64,000 nucleotides of DNA from Acholeplasmataceae bacterium (GTDB lineage Bacteria; Bacillota_I; Bacilli_A; Acholeplasmatales; Acholeplasmataceae), in contig OY781159.1 of NCBI GenBank assembly GCA_963676765.1, positions 848,021 to 912,020 on the forward strand. The letters are read 5' to 3'. The notes beneath the pieces were generated by a model. That model had not been told where the DNA came from. It made no database searches and saw only the letters and a list, made by a program, of their open reading frames with translations. This document shows, piece after piece, positions 10,498 through 20,286 of this stretch. The position numbers and the translations under genes are program-made. The number at the start of each line of letters is the position of its first letter. Position 1 is the stretch's first letter.

Positions 10498-11742
10498 ATG
10501 GGAAAAGAAAGAGTTGTCATTACAGGCTATGGTTTAGTAAGTCCAGTTGGACTAACAGCCGATGAATCATTTCAAAATATGCTTAGAGGCATGAATGGTA
10601 TTGATTACATCACATTATATGATACAAAGAATTGGAAAGTTACTATTGCTGGAGAAGTCAAAGGGCTTGATTTTGAAACGTTTATTGACCGCAAGGAAGC
10701 AAAGCGCAATGATCGTGTAACGAATCTTGCATTAGTTGCTGCGCAAGAAGCATGGTCACAAGCCAAGCTTGAGGGTGTCACATTAGATCCATATCGTTTT
10801 GGGATGTTTGTTGGCTCTGGTATTGGTGGTTTAAATACTATTTTCGAAGAAACAAAAAAGAGTGTAACACGTGATCCTTCTCGTATTTCACCGTTTTTTA
10901 TTCCTAATGCTATTATTAACATGGTTGGTGCTAAACTAGGCATGATATATAAAGCCAAAGGACCAAATTTACCTCAAGTTACAGCATGCAGTGCTGCGAC
11001 TAATTCCCTTGGTGAAGCGTATCGTCATATTAAAGATGGTTACTTAGATATCGTCATGTCTGGTGGATCAGAATCACCAATTAATGAAATTGGTGTTGGT
11101 GGTTTTGCAAGTTTACGAGCATTGGAACCATCCAATGATCCATCACGTGCAAGTAGACCTTTTGATCAAACCAGAGGTGGATTTGTCATTGCAGAAGGTG
11201 CGGGTATCTTCATACTTGAATCTTATACACATGCAAAAGGTCGAGGGGCTAAAATATTAGCTGAAATCGTTGGTTATGGTACAACTGCTGATGCATATCA
11301 TATGACCGCACCAGATGAAGAAGCAAATGGTATTACACGTGCGTTACAAGATGCCTTAAAAGATGCTAATATCAAACCAGAAGAAGTTTCATATATTAAT
11401 GCGCATGGAACATCTACTATATTAAATGATAAACTTGAAACATTGGGTATTAAAAAAGTATTTGGCAAACATGCTTATGATTTACATATCAGTAGTACGA
11501 AATCAATGACTGGTCATGCACTGGGTGCATCAGGTGCGATTGAATCAGTTGCTGTAATTAAGGCATTAGAAACATCAATGATTCCGCCAACGATTAATTA
11601 TGAAACTAAGGATCCTGATTGTGATCTTAATTATACGGTTAATAAAGCAGTTAAACGTGACATGATGTACGCGATGAATGTTAATGTCGGATTTGGGGGA
11701 CAAAATGCCGCAATGATTTTTAAACGAGGAGAAGATGTATGA
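10498..11742 (+). CDS. fabF: Beta-ketoacyl-ACP synthase II
   Basis: TACSAA, INAHGTST, KSMTGHALGA, GFGGQN. Confidence 0.96.
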   Translation: MGKERVVITGYGLVSPVGLTADESFQNMLRGMNGIDYITLYDTKNWKVTIAGEVKGLDFETFIDRKEAKRNDRVTNLALVAAQEAWSQAKLEGVTLDPYRFGMFVGSGIGGLNTIFEETKKSVTRDPSRISPFFIPNAIINMVGAKLGMIYKAKGPNLPQVTACSAATNSLGEAYRHIKDGYLDIVMSGGSESPINEIGVGGFASLRALEPSNDPSRASRPFDQTRGGFVIAEGAGIFILESYTHAKGRGAKILAEIVGYGTTADAYHMTAPDEEANGITRALQDALKDANIKPEEVSYINAHGTSTILNDKLETLGIKKVFGKHAYDLHISSTKSMTGHALGASGAIESVAVIKALETSMIPPTINYETKDPDCDLNYTVNKAVKRDMMYAMNVNVGFGGQNAAMIFKRGEDV

Positions 11743-12158
11743 CATTAGATGAAATAAAAACAATCATTCCGCATAGAGATCCCTTTTTATTGTTGGATGA
11801 AATTGAAGATTTTGAAGTGATGAAACATGGCACAGGTATTAAATATGTCAGAGAAGATGAAGACTACTTTAGAGGACATTTTCCAGATAAACCCGTAATG
11901 CCTGGTGTTTTAATTGTTGAAGCTCTCGCACAAACAGGAGCTGCTGTGATTTTATCAAATCCTGATTTCAAAGGGAAAATAGCTTATTTTACTGGTTTAA
12001 AAAGTGTGAAATGGCGTAAAAGTGTATTACCAGGTGATACATTAAAGCTTCATGTTGAAATAACACGTGTAAGAGGTGCATTTGGTTTCGGTTCTGGACG
12101 TGCCTTTGTTGGTGATGATTTAGTGTGTGAAGCAGAATTGATGTTTGCGATTAACTAA
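11739..12158 (+). CDS. fabZ: 3-hydroxyacyl-ACP dehydratase
   Basis: IPHRDPFLL, FRGHFP, MPGVLIVEALAQ. Confidence 0.96.
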   Translation: MTLDEIKTIIPHRDPFLLLDEIEDFEVMKHGTGIKYVREDEDYFRGHFPDKPVMPGVLIVEALAQTGAAVILSNPDFKGKIAYFTGLKSVKWRKSVLPGDTLKLHVEITRVRGAFGFGSGRAFVGDDLVCEAELMFAIN

Positions 12159-12676
12159 TGTTTACATTACTTGAATTTGAATCCACTGATTCAACTTCTT
12201 CATTACTAAAAGAACATTATGCCTCATTTCCAAATTTCACAGTGATAAGAACCGATTTTCAAACAAATGGAAGAGGGCAATTCGATCGAAAGTGGGATGC
12301 AAAGCCAAGGCAAAATTTATTAATGTCCATTTTACTTAAAAACATTTCGATTCATCTCATTGATTTATTAAAAAAACAAACAATTGGTATTTTACAAGGT
12401 GTATTAGCAGAGTTTGGTATACAAACTAGATTTAAAGCACCGAATGATATCTATGTAAATGAAGATAAAATATGCGGTATTCTCATTGAGACTAAAACTG
12501 GTGAAAGTGAACTAGATTATGTAGTGATCGGTATTGGCTTAAATGTTAATCAAGAAACGTTTGGTGACTATCCAGCTACTTCGATGTCTAAAGTCCTTCA
12601 TAAAAAAATGGATGTAATGGTAGTCTTTTATAATGTCATCACGGCATTTGAGAAGTATTTATTAAAAGGAGTTTAA
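12158..12676 (+). CDS. birA: Biotin--acetyl-CoA-carboxylase ligase (catalytic domain only, no HTH)
   Basis: QTNGRGQFDRKW, KAPNDIY, KICGILIE, IGIGLNVN. Confidence 0.9.
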   Translation: MFTLLEFESTDSTSSLLKEHYASFPNFTVIRTDFQTNGRGQFDRKWDAKPRQNLLMSILLKNISIHLIDLLKKQTIGILQGVLAEFGIQTRFKAPNDIYVNEDKICGILIETKTGESELDYVVIGIGLNVNQETFGDYPATSMSKVLHKKMDVMVVFYNVITAFEKYLLKGV

Positions 12677-12677
12677 C

Positions 12678-13031
12678 ATGTCTGAAAGACAATTGCCATT
12701 TGATTAAATACCTTCTTTATGTATTGCTGATGTAGTCTATATCTTGGTCGTTATATGTGTATGCGATTTTATTAATTGTTAGTTTATTTGGTATTCAACT
12801 TATAACAATATGAATTTTTTTGAACAACTTTTGTTATCCAGTTTATTGCAGATAAGCAAATGGATGATTTTAAGTTAACTAACAAAGGTAGCAAGTGTTG
12901 CATCGTTCTGGTTCATTAATATGCCAATGATGAAAAAAAAGATCTTAAAAACGAGACCTGAGTACGCATTTTATCAAGCACATGTCTCGAAATTATCGTT
13001 CTGGCAAGCAAAGAAACACAAGAACTGTTGA
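12678..13031 (+). pseudogene. Degraded DUF1295 (steroid 5-alpha-reductase-like) membrane-protein gene
   Basis: RBS and ATG at 12678 then early stop; fragments in different frames read IQFIADKQMDDFK (from 12836) and FWFINMPMMKKKILKTRPEYAFYQ (frame from 12888), resembling DUF1295 middle and C-terminal motifs. Confidence 0.55.
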
Positions 13032-13040
13032 AAATATAGA

Positions 13041-13068
13041 TTGACAGTATTAAAAAATTTGCTATAAT
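13041..13068 (+). promoter_or_regulatory. Sigma-A promoter
   Basis: TTGACA, 16 bp, TGc-TATAAT, directly ahead of the riboswitch. Confidence 0.8.
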
Positions 13069-13074
13069 AGGCTA

Positions 13075-13158
13075 AGGGAATGACTGTCTCCCTAAGCGAG
13101 AGCTTAAACCGCATATTGCTGATGACATCTACAACATTTTTTGTTGTAGATTTTTTTT
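13075..13158 (+). ncRNA. Fluoride (crcB) riboswitch with overlapping terminator
   Basis: AGGGAATGACTGTCTCCCT ... TAAACCGC-atatt-GCTGATGACATCTAC fits the crcB consensus; terminator ATCTACAACA-tttt-TGTTGTAGAT-T7 overlaps the aptamer 3' end. Confidence 0.85.
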
Positions 13159-13168
13159 AGGAGGATAT

Positions 13169-14368
13169 ATGTTACTATCAATTGCATTAATTATTTTAAT
13201 TAGTTTAACGTTAGCAACACTTTTTGAAAGAGTAAAATTACCAGGCATTTTAGGAATGTTATTAACTGGAATTATACTTGGACCATTCGTTTTAAATCTT
13301 ATTGATTCGTCAATTTTAGATATTTCGGGCGACTTAAGAGAAATAGCGTTAATCGTTATATTGATTCGAGCAGGATTATCACTGGATGTAAAGGATTTAA
13401 AAGAAGTTGGAAGACCTGCAATATTATTGTCGTTTCTACCGGCAACAATTGAGATAATTGCTATCACATTAATTGCACCAATCTTTTTTGACATTAGCTA
13501 TTTAACAGCGTTAACAATGGGTGCGATTGTTGCAGCAGTTTCACCTGCTATCGTTGTGCCAAGAATGATAAAGCTGATTGAAAAACGTTATGGTAGAACA
13601 CATCGTGTACCACAGATGATATTAGCTGGTGCGTCAATTGATGATATTTATGCAATTATTATATTTACAGCTGCAGTTAATTTACAACAAGGACAAGATT
13701 TCAGTTTTATTACCATCATCAACGTGCCAATAGCAATTATACTTGGAGCGCTACTTGGTATTATTTCAAGTATTGGTATCATCTGGTTTTTCAAGAAATT
13801 CCATTTAAGAGATACAGTGAAAGTCATGTTAATATTTGCAGTAGGTTTCTTATTTATTACATTAGAAGATGTTATTCAACCTTGGATTGCTGTATCTGGT
13901 TTATTAGGTGTTATGGCACTCGCAATGACTCTCACAAAACTGCATCCAGTATTATCTAGTCGTTTAATTAAGAAGTTTGAAAAGATTTGGGTAACTGCTG
14001 AAATTATGTTATTTGTTTTAGTTGGTGCATTGGTCGATATTACAGTATTAGTAGATGCTGGTCTATTCTCAATTTTATTGATTATGATTGCATTAATCTT
14101 CCGAATGTTAGCTGCATATTTATCAACCCTTAAAACAAATCTTACGGGAAATGAAAGATTATTTACGGTATTATCTTATACACCAAAAGCAACTGTACAA
14201 GCTGCTATTGGCGCAATACCACTTGCCTTGGGCCTACCGCATGGTGATCTTATCTTGCTTGTTTCGGTGCTTGCTATTGTCATTACAGCACCATTTGGAG
14301 CGATAGCAATGGACAACACATATAAGCGACTCTTAACACAAGAAGTGGATGAGAATTTAACGGTTTAA
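13169..14368 (+). CDS. Cation:proton antiporter (CPA / Na_H_Exchanger family)
   Basis: About 12 hydrophobic segments; AVSPAIVVP, GASIDD, PKATVQAAIG; RBS GGAGG. Confidence 0.85.
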   Translation: MLLSIALIILISLTLATLFERVKLPGILGMLLTGIILGPFVLNLIDSSILDISGDLREIALIVILIRAGLSLDVKDLKEVGRPAILLSFLPATIEIIAITLIAPIFFDISYLTALTMGAIVAAVSPAIVVPRMIKLIEKRYGRTHRVPQMILAGASIDDIYAIIIFTAAVNLQQGQDFSFITIINVPIAIILGALLGIISSIGIIWFFKKFHLRDTVKVMLIFAVGFLFITLEDVIQPWIAVSGLLGVMALAMTLTKLHPVLSSRLIKKFEKIWVTAEIMLFVLVGALVDITVLVDAGLFSILLIMIALIFRMLAAYLSTLKTNLTGNERLFTVLSYTPKATVQAAIGAIPLALGLPHGDLILLVSVLAIVITAPFGAIAMDNTYKRLLTQEVDENLTV

Positions 14369-14408
14369 GGTAAAATATAAGATAGTAGCCTAAAGGCTAT
14401 TTGGGAAA

Positions 14409-14437
14409 ACATTAAAATAGTGTTAAAATAGTGTCAA
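14409..14437 (+). promoter_or_regulatory. Triple 11-bp-period direct repeat, candidate OmpR/PhoB-family site
   Basis: ACATTAA-AATA-GTGTTAA-AATA-GTGTCAA about 47 bp upstream of the trk start. Confidence 0.5.
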
Positions 14438-14483
14438 CATACTTTTAATAGATTGCTTAACTATAAGCGTACAAGGAGAAGTT

Positions 14484-14903
14484 ATGAAACGCAACAAGTT
14501 CGTCGTTATTGGATCAGGAAGACTTGGTTCAAATATTGCGACTAAAATGTCAGAACAAGGTGAAGACGTTATTATCATTGATGCAACAGATGATTCGTTT
14601 AGAAAACTACAAGAATCATTTTCAGGTTATCAAGTAGTTGGAGATGCAACTGATTTATCTGTGCTAGATAATGCATTTATTAAACAAGCAAAAGCCGTTG
14701 TTATTACAACAGATAATGATAATGTTAATATTTTTCTTGCACATGTTTGTTATTATGTGTTTAATGTACCAAAGATTATGGTTCGATTAGCAGATACTGA
14801 TAAAGGTAAATTGTTAGAAGGAACAAATATTAAAGCCATTTATCCGTTTAACTTATCACTTTCAGAGTTTGATGACTTAAATGAAAGCGAGGAAGAACTA
14901 TGA
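14484..14903 (+). CDS. TrkA-N (RCK_N-only) potassium uptake protein
   Basis: IGSGRLG and GDATD; 139 aa, no RCK_C. Confidence 0.85.
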   Translation: MKRNKFVVIGSGRLGSNIATKMSEQGEDVIIIDATDDSFRKLQESFSGYQVVGDATDLSVLDNAFIKQAKAVVITTDNDNVNIFLAHVCYYVFNVPKIMVRLADTDKGKLLEGTNIKAIYPFNLSLSEFDDLNESEEEL

Positions 14904-15559
14904 AAATCGTTTTAACAGGTGGTAAGCACGAATCTGATTATATTATTTCGATGCTTAAAAGAAAGCACAATTTAATTGTAATCAATCAAGACCCTTCATT
15001 TGCTGAATATATCTCATCACATAATAATATTGATGTATTCCCAGGAGATCCAACAAAAGCATATACATTATCAGATGCTGATGCGAAAAACGCTGATGTT
15101 TTTCTAGCTTTATCAGATAATGATACAGATAATTATATTGCATGTATTACTGCAAAACGTTTATTTAATATTAAACGGACTGTAGCAAAAGTTAAAAATC
15201 CGAAAAATGTTGAATTATTTAAGCGTTTAGGTGTTGATTCAGTTATCAGTTCAACGTATTTACTTGCACAAACAATTTTAAATGAATCATCAATTGAAAA
15301 TATTATTAAAACATTATCAATTGAAGATGAAAAGATTGTCATGTTAGAATTAGGTATTCAGGCAGATTATCAATTAGTTGGTAAACAAATTATGGATATT
15401 CAATTCCCAAAACGTGTCAATATTAGTTGTATTTTCCGTGACCCTCATGTCATCATTCCTGATGGGTCTACAGTGATTGAGCCAGATGATAAATTGATTA
15501 TTGTTACAACACCAGATCATCAAGATGAACTGGTCGACTTTGTCCAACGGAAACGATAA
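14900..15559 (+). CDS. trkA: TrkA/KtrA-family potassium uptake regulatory subunit
   Basis: RCK_N (GDPT, DNDTDN) plus RCK_C (IIPDGSTVIEPDDKL). Confidence 0.85.
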   Translation: MKIVLTGGKHESDYIISMLKRKHNLIVINQDPSFAEYISSHNNIDVFPGDPTKAYTLSDADAKNADVFLALSDNDTDNYIACITAKRLFNIKRTVAKVKNPKNVELFKRLGVDSVISSTYLLAQTILNESSIENIIKTLSIEDEKIVMLELGIQADYQLVGKQIMDIQFPKRVNISCIFRDPHVIIPDGSTVIEPDDKLIIVTTPDHQDELVDFVQRKR

Positions 15560-15561
15560 AC

Positions 15562-17046
15562 ATGAATAAAAAAATAACATCAGGATATCCATTAATTATC
15601 AATTATCTCGGGATATTTGCTATTTTAATCGGTATTATTAATGCCTTGCCACTGGCAGTTATTTTCTTTTACCCAGAAGAAGTAACCTACTTGTGGCATT
15701 TTTTGGCACCTTCACTTGTGACAATTGGTGTAGGGTTAATAATTATCATGTTCTTTAAAGGTCGTGAAAAAGGGAAATTAGAGCGCAGCCAAGATGCATT
15801 TCTTGTTGTTTCTATTTGGGTCATGGCGATTGTTACATCAGCCATTCCATTTATGCTAACTGGGACATATAATTTCACGCAAAGTATATTTGAGACAACT
15901 TCTGGGTATTCGACAACAGGACTAACTGTTGTTGATGTCACACAAACTGCACATATTTTCTTATTTTTTAGAAGTTTATTACAACTAGTTGGTGGTGTTG
16001 GATTAGTATTGGTACTTACATCCGCTATTTCTGATAAATTTGGTATGCGTTTATATAGTGCAGAAGGACACAGTGATAAATTGGTTCCTAACTTAATTAA
16101 ATCTGGACGGATCATTATGTCTATTTATTTAGGTTATATATTGGTTGGAATGATTTTCCTTGTTATCTTTGGGATGCCCGTATTTGATGCGTTAAATCAT
16201 TCAATTTGTGCGGTTGCTACTGGTGGATTTTCAACACAAGCTGGATCTATTGGTGCGTATAATAGTGTGGGTATTGAAATTACAATTATTGTGCTCATGA
16301 TTTTAGGTGGGACAAACTTTTTTGTTCACTTAATGTTGTTACGAGGTAAATTGAAAAATGTTATTGGTCATGTTGAAGTAAAACTACTCGGCTTACTATT
16401 AATCATCTTTATTCCATTAATGACTATTAATTTCATAACAACCAATGGTGCAGCCTTTGGTGAATCGCTTAGAATCTCGACATTTCAATTCATTTCAGCT
16501 GTAACTGGTACTGGTTATCAAACAGTTAGTGGCTTTGGACCAGGTGTTTCTGTTATTCCAGTGTTCTCATTAGGTGTACTAATTCTTGTCATGGTATTAG
16601 GTGCTGGACTTGGTTCTACAGCTGGTGGTATGAAACAATATCGTGTTGCTTTAGCATTTAAGAGTCTATGGTGGCACATTAAAGAACAAACAACACATCA
16701 TAAAACAATTAGAACAAGATTTATTAAGCGTTTAGGAACACCTACAATTATTCAAAAAGAAGATATAAATCAAAACTATGCATTCTTAATGGTCTATATA
16801 TTAGTCTTAGTTGCTGGTACGATGGTGTTTACGGCTTATGGTTACACATTTACAGAGTCGCTATTTGAGTTTTCTAGTGCGCTTGGTACCGTGGGATTAT
16901 CTGTTGGTATCACAGGTTTTGCAGCACCTGCAGGTATTCATTGGACGTCTATTATTGGTATGTTTATGGGACGTCTCGAGTTCTTTGTTATCTTTGTTGC
17001 AATTGCAAGAATTGCAACTGATGTAAAACGAACTGTTAATAAATAA
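15562..17046 (+). CDS. trkH: TrkH-family potassium uptake membrane subunit
   Basis: Pore loops SGYSTTG, ATGGFS, TGTGY, GTVGLS; MFMGRLE. Confidence 0.92.
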   Translation: MNKKITSGYPLIINYLGIFAILIGIINALPLAVIFFYPEEVTYLWHFLAPSLVTIGVGLIIIMFFKGREKGKLERSQDAFLVVSIWVMAIVTSAIPFMLTGTYNFTQSIFETTSGYSTTGLTVVDVTQTAHIFLFFRSLLQLVGGVGLVLVLTSAISDKFGMRLYSAEGHSDKLVPNLIKSGRIIMSIYLGYILVGMIFLVIFGMPVFDALNHSICAVATGGFSTQAGSIGAYNSVGIEITIIVLMILGGTNFFVHLMLLRGKLKNVIGHVEVKLLGLLLIIFIPLMTINFITTNGAAFGESLRISTFQFISAVTGTGYQTVSGFGPGVSVIPVFSLGVLILVMVLGAGLGSTAGGMKQYRVALAFKSLWWHIKEQTTHHKTIRTRFIKRLGTPTIIQKEDINQNYAFLMVYILVLVAGTMVFTAYGYTFTESLFEFSSALGTVGLSVGITGFAAPAGIHWTSIIGMFMGRLEFFVIFVAIARIATDVKRTVNK

Positions 17047-17050
17047 TATT

Positions 17051-17078
17051 TACCGTGAATTATTTCACGGTATTTTTT
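17051..17078 (+). terminator. Intrinsic terminator
   Basis: TACCGTGAA-ttat-TTCACGGTA-T6. Confidence 0.85.
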
Positions 17079-17181
17079 ATGATAAAATATGTTTGTAAGT
17101 TATGGTCCATAAATGCATCTTATCTTGTGGTTATTCACACAATATGCTTTCTATAGTATGCTTGAATTAGGAGGAATGGAC

Positions 17182-17691
17182 GTGTTCAAAATCATTTGGA
17201 ACAAGTCTGATTACGAGTTCTTGACAAAAAGAGTGATGGAATCAAGTCAATATACATTCATCGATGATCCAAATTTACTAAGTGAAGGTAAAATTGGTAT
17301 TGTTTGTGATGAAGAAAACATGGAAGATATTAAACCGATTCTTGAACAAATCGAATTTGATAAAGCGTTAATGCTATTTCCAACAACATCTGGTTGGGTT
17401 CAAATTCCTTTAAGCCATATTTTATTCATTGAGTCATTTGGTGAAGAAATTGATATGCATTTGTCAGGTGGGCGTATAGAGCAGATTAAACAACCGCTCT
17501 ATCAACTGGAGGAAATGTTAGCTAATTATAAATTCGCTAGAATAGCTAAGTCCTACATCGTTAATTTAAGAAAGATCAAATATATTAGTTTAGCTTTAAA
17601 TGCTAAATTAAATCTTGAATTAACAGATGGCTCTAAACTCGCTGTTTCACGTTCATACGCGAAGTCCTTCAAAAAAGTTTTGGGATTATAG
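17182..17691 (+). CDS. LytTR-family DNA-binding regulator without intact receiver domain
   Basis: ILFIESFG, FARIAKSYIVNL, AVSRSY; GTG start 7 nt after AGGAGG (track ORF starts 17113). Confidence 0.85.
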   Translation: MFKIIWNKSDYEFLTKRVMESSQYTFIDDPNLLSEGKIGIVCDEENMEDIKPILEQIEFDKALMLFPTTSGWVQIPLSHILFIESFGEEIDMHLSGGRIEQIKQPLYQLEEMLANYKFARIAKSYIVNLRKIKYISLALNAKLNLELTDGSKLAVSRSYAKSFKKVLGL

Positions 17692-17705
17692 TAGGAGGTA
17701 TAAAG

Positions 17706-19706
17706 ATGTCTTTTTGGGGTTATACAGTTATTGGTATATTTAGTTTATCCATTTTATTTATGTTAATAAAAATCTTGATTGAGTATATCTGGAACAGACG
17801 GTTAAATGTGTTTAAAATTAAAGCGCATATTGCACCTACAAAAATGCCTGTTAGAAGATATATGAAATATGGTTACAGTTTTGTGTTAAGTGCTGCAATT
17901 ATTGCCATTACAATCATTTCTGGATTGAATTTAACACCTTTTTCGCCTGAACCTCCTTTATTAATGGCAGATAAAACATTAGTCAATGCTACGCGTGTTG
18001 GATCTGCAATGAAATTAAATCAGCTCATTGAAACATATAATACATCTAATAATTATGATTTTTGGGAATCACCATCTTCTGCGGTGGATGAATCACTTGA
18101 TTCAACATCAAGAGATTATACAGATACAAATGTTCAAATTGAAGGTGTGAATGAGGGAGATGTGTTAAAAACAGATGGTTATCGCGTTTTTTATGCACCA
18201 AGATATTATAATGTGATTGAAGTATTAGATGTTGAAGATAATCATGAAATGACACATGTTGACTCGATGACACTAGATGGTTTTAGAGTTGATTCACTAT
18301 ATTTGACAGATGAGTATCTCATTGTGTTAGGTTACACATATGAAGAAGTTATTTATCCAATGGACACACTCAATGTATATTATGGTTTCTATTTTAGTAG
18401 GCAAACTGCATCAATTGTTGTTTTCGATAAAGATACATTAGAAGAAGCATATCGTTTAGAGACAGATTTAAGTTTTATTGATCACCGTGTGATTGATGAT
18501 ACATTGTATCTTGTTTCAAGAAAATGGTTTTATGATGATGCAAGTTTAAGACCGATGTTTGAAATATATATGGATGGCGAAAGTGAAAGAAGTTATTTAG
18601 ACTATGAGGATATGTACTACTTTGATGATATGCCATCGCAATCAATGACAGTCATTACCTCATTAAATTTAGATTCATTTACAACAACTTCACAAGGTTT
18701 CTTAGGTGAAACTGCTAATATCTATGTAACAGAAACTTCCATTTATACATTTAATTCTAGACATCAATATATTGAAACAGTAGAAGGCTATATAATTGAT
18801 AGGAGTACATCAATTGTTAAATATCATATCAATGATGCAACAAACACCATTGAGTATGTTGCTTCTATAAAAATAGATGGTATTGTTGAAGATCGTTATT
18901 GGCTAGATGAATCGGGGGATTATTTACGTGTTGTGACATCTCGTGGATGGTCAGGTGAGGAACCAAATCGCTTATACATATTAGAAGAAAATAATGAACA
19001 GGATACATTTGATCAAATCGCATTAATGGATGAACAAATTGGACACGAGAATGAACGGGTAGAATCCGTGAGATTTCATGGTGACTACGTCAACATCGTG
19101 ACCTATGAACAAATGGATCCGCTATATACGATTGATTTATCAGATCCAAATGAGCCAATCATAATGAATACACCAATTGAAGAAGCTGGTTATAGTGAAT
19201 ATATGCATATATGGGATCAAGATAATCATGTTTTAGGATTAGGTTATTTAGATGCGAATGCAGATAGTAGAATAGACGGTATGAAATTATCAGCATATGA
19301 TACTGATGATGGTACTATATTAGATAGTGATCCATATCCTTATGAAGATGCATCTACTTGGTCTTATAGTTATACAGAGGCAATGTATAATCCGAAAGCT
19401 TTAATGGTTGATGTTGAATTAGGTTTGTTCGGCTTCCCGATGGTTGCTTATCAATATAATACAGCGGATTGGGGATACCATTATCAAACGTCATTTGTTG
19501 TCTATCAAATTGATTTTAATCGAGAAAATGTATTAGGTGATCCGATTATTATTGAACATGAAACAACAAACTGGTATAATCAAATCGATCGTGGTATTTA
19601 CATCAATGGATTTATCTATACATTTTCAGCACATCAAATCGCAAGTTATAATCTTGGAACCCAAATGCCCTTCGAGACTATCTATATCGATTATGAAGAA
19701 GCTTAA
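17706..19706 (+). CDS. Membrane-anchored beta-propeller (Beta_propel-like) protein
   Basis: Two N-terminal hydrophobic segments; TNVQIEGVNEGDVLKTDG, ESVRFHGD...VTYEQMDPL, YSEYMH. Confidence 0.8.
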   Translation: MSFWGYTVIGIFSLSILFMLIKILIEYIWNRRLNVFKIKAHIAPTKMPVRRYMKYGYSFVLSAAIIAITIISGLNLTPFSPEPPLLMADKTLVNATRVGSAMKLNQLIETYNTSNNYDFWESPSSAVDESLDSTSRDYTDTNVQIEGVNEGDVLKTDGYRVFYAPRYYNVIEVLDVEDNHEMTHVDSMTLDGFRVDSLYLTDEYLIVLGYTYEEVIYPMDTLNVYYGFYFSRQTASIVVFDKDTLEEAYRLETDLSFIDHRVIDDTLYLVSRKWFYDDASLRPMFEIYMDGESERSYLDYEDMYYFDDMPSQSMTVITSLNLDSFTTTSQGFLGETANIYVTETSIYTFNSRHQYIETVEGYIIDRSTSIVKYHINDATNTIEYVASIKIDGIVEDRYWLDESGDYLRVVTSRGWSGEEPNRLYILEENNEQDTFDQIALMDEQIGHENERVESVRFHGDYVNIVTYEQMDPLYTIDLSDPNEPIIMNTPIEEAGYSEYMHIWDQDNHVLGLGYLDANADSRIDGMKLSAYDTDDGTILDSDPYPYEDASTWSYSYTEAMYNPKALMVDVELGLFGFPMVAYQYNTADWGYHYQTSFVVYQIDFNRENVLGDPIIIEHETTNWYNQIDRGIYINGFIYTFSAHQIASYNLGTQMPFETIYIDYEEA

Positions 19707-19725
19707 GAAAATGTAAAGATTATAT

Positions 19726-19756
19726 AAAGGAAGGTCTTTGAGACTTTCCTTTTTTT
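19726..19756 (+). terminator. Intrinsic terminator
   Basis: AAAGGAAGGTCT-ttg-AGACTTTCCTTT plus T-run. Confidence 0.8.
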
Positions 19757-19788
19757 ATGCATGTGATAAACTATTATTGAAATGAGGT

Positions 19789-20214
19789 ATGTTTATGGAT
19801 AAAGTGAAAATTGGATTTGTGTGTGTACACAATAGTTGTCGTAGTCAGATGGCGGAAGCATTAGCAAAAAAATACTATGGTGATTTCTTTGAAGCATACA
19901 GTGGTGGAACAGAAACAAAGCCACAAATTAACCAAGATGCGGTTAAAGTTATCTTAACATATCATGGTGTTGATATGAACAAGACACAACATTCAAAATT
20001 AGTCGATGATCTACCAAATGAGTTAGATGTATTGGTAACGATGGGTTGCGCTGTTGAATGTCCTTTCATCCCAACAAAACACCGTGAAGACTGGGGTCTA
20101 GATGATCCAAGTGGTGGTCCTGAAGAAGGATTTGTACATACGATGAAATTAATTGAAGATAAATTGAAAAATATGAAAGAACGTATTGAGAAAAGAGAAA
20201 TTAATTTAGACTAA
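19789..20214 (+). CDS. arsC: Arsenate reductase ArsC (LMW-PTP fold)
   Basis: CVHNSCRSQMAEA, MGCAVECP, WGLDDP. Confidence 0.85.
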   Translation: MFMDKVKIGFVCVHNSCRSQMAEALAKKYYGDFFEAYSGGTETKPQINQDAVKVILTYHGVDMNKTQHSKLVDDLPNELDVLVTMGCAVECPFIPTKHREDWGLDDPSGGPEEGFVHTMKLIEDKLKNMKERIEKREINLD

Positions 20215-20286
20215 AAAGGCGATTTGTTCGCCTTTTCTTTTGTGATATAATGGTTGCATACAAATAAAAACAAGAGGTGTTTATTT

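Noticed and set aside
17080-17170. LytTR-type direct-repeat operator
   Set aside because: Only weak repeats with inconsistent spacing (TTAT, TATGCTT at a 14-bp period).
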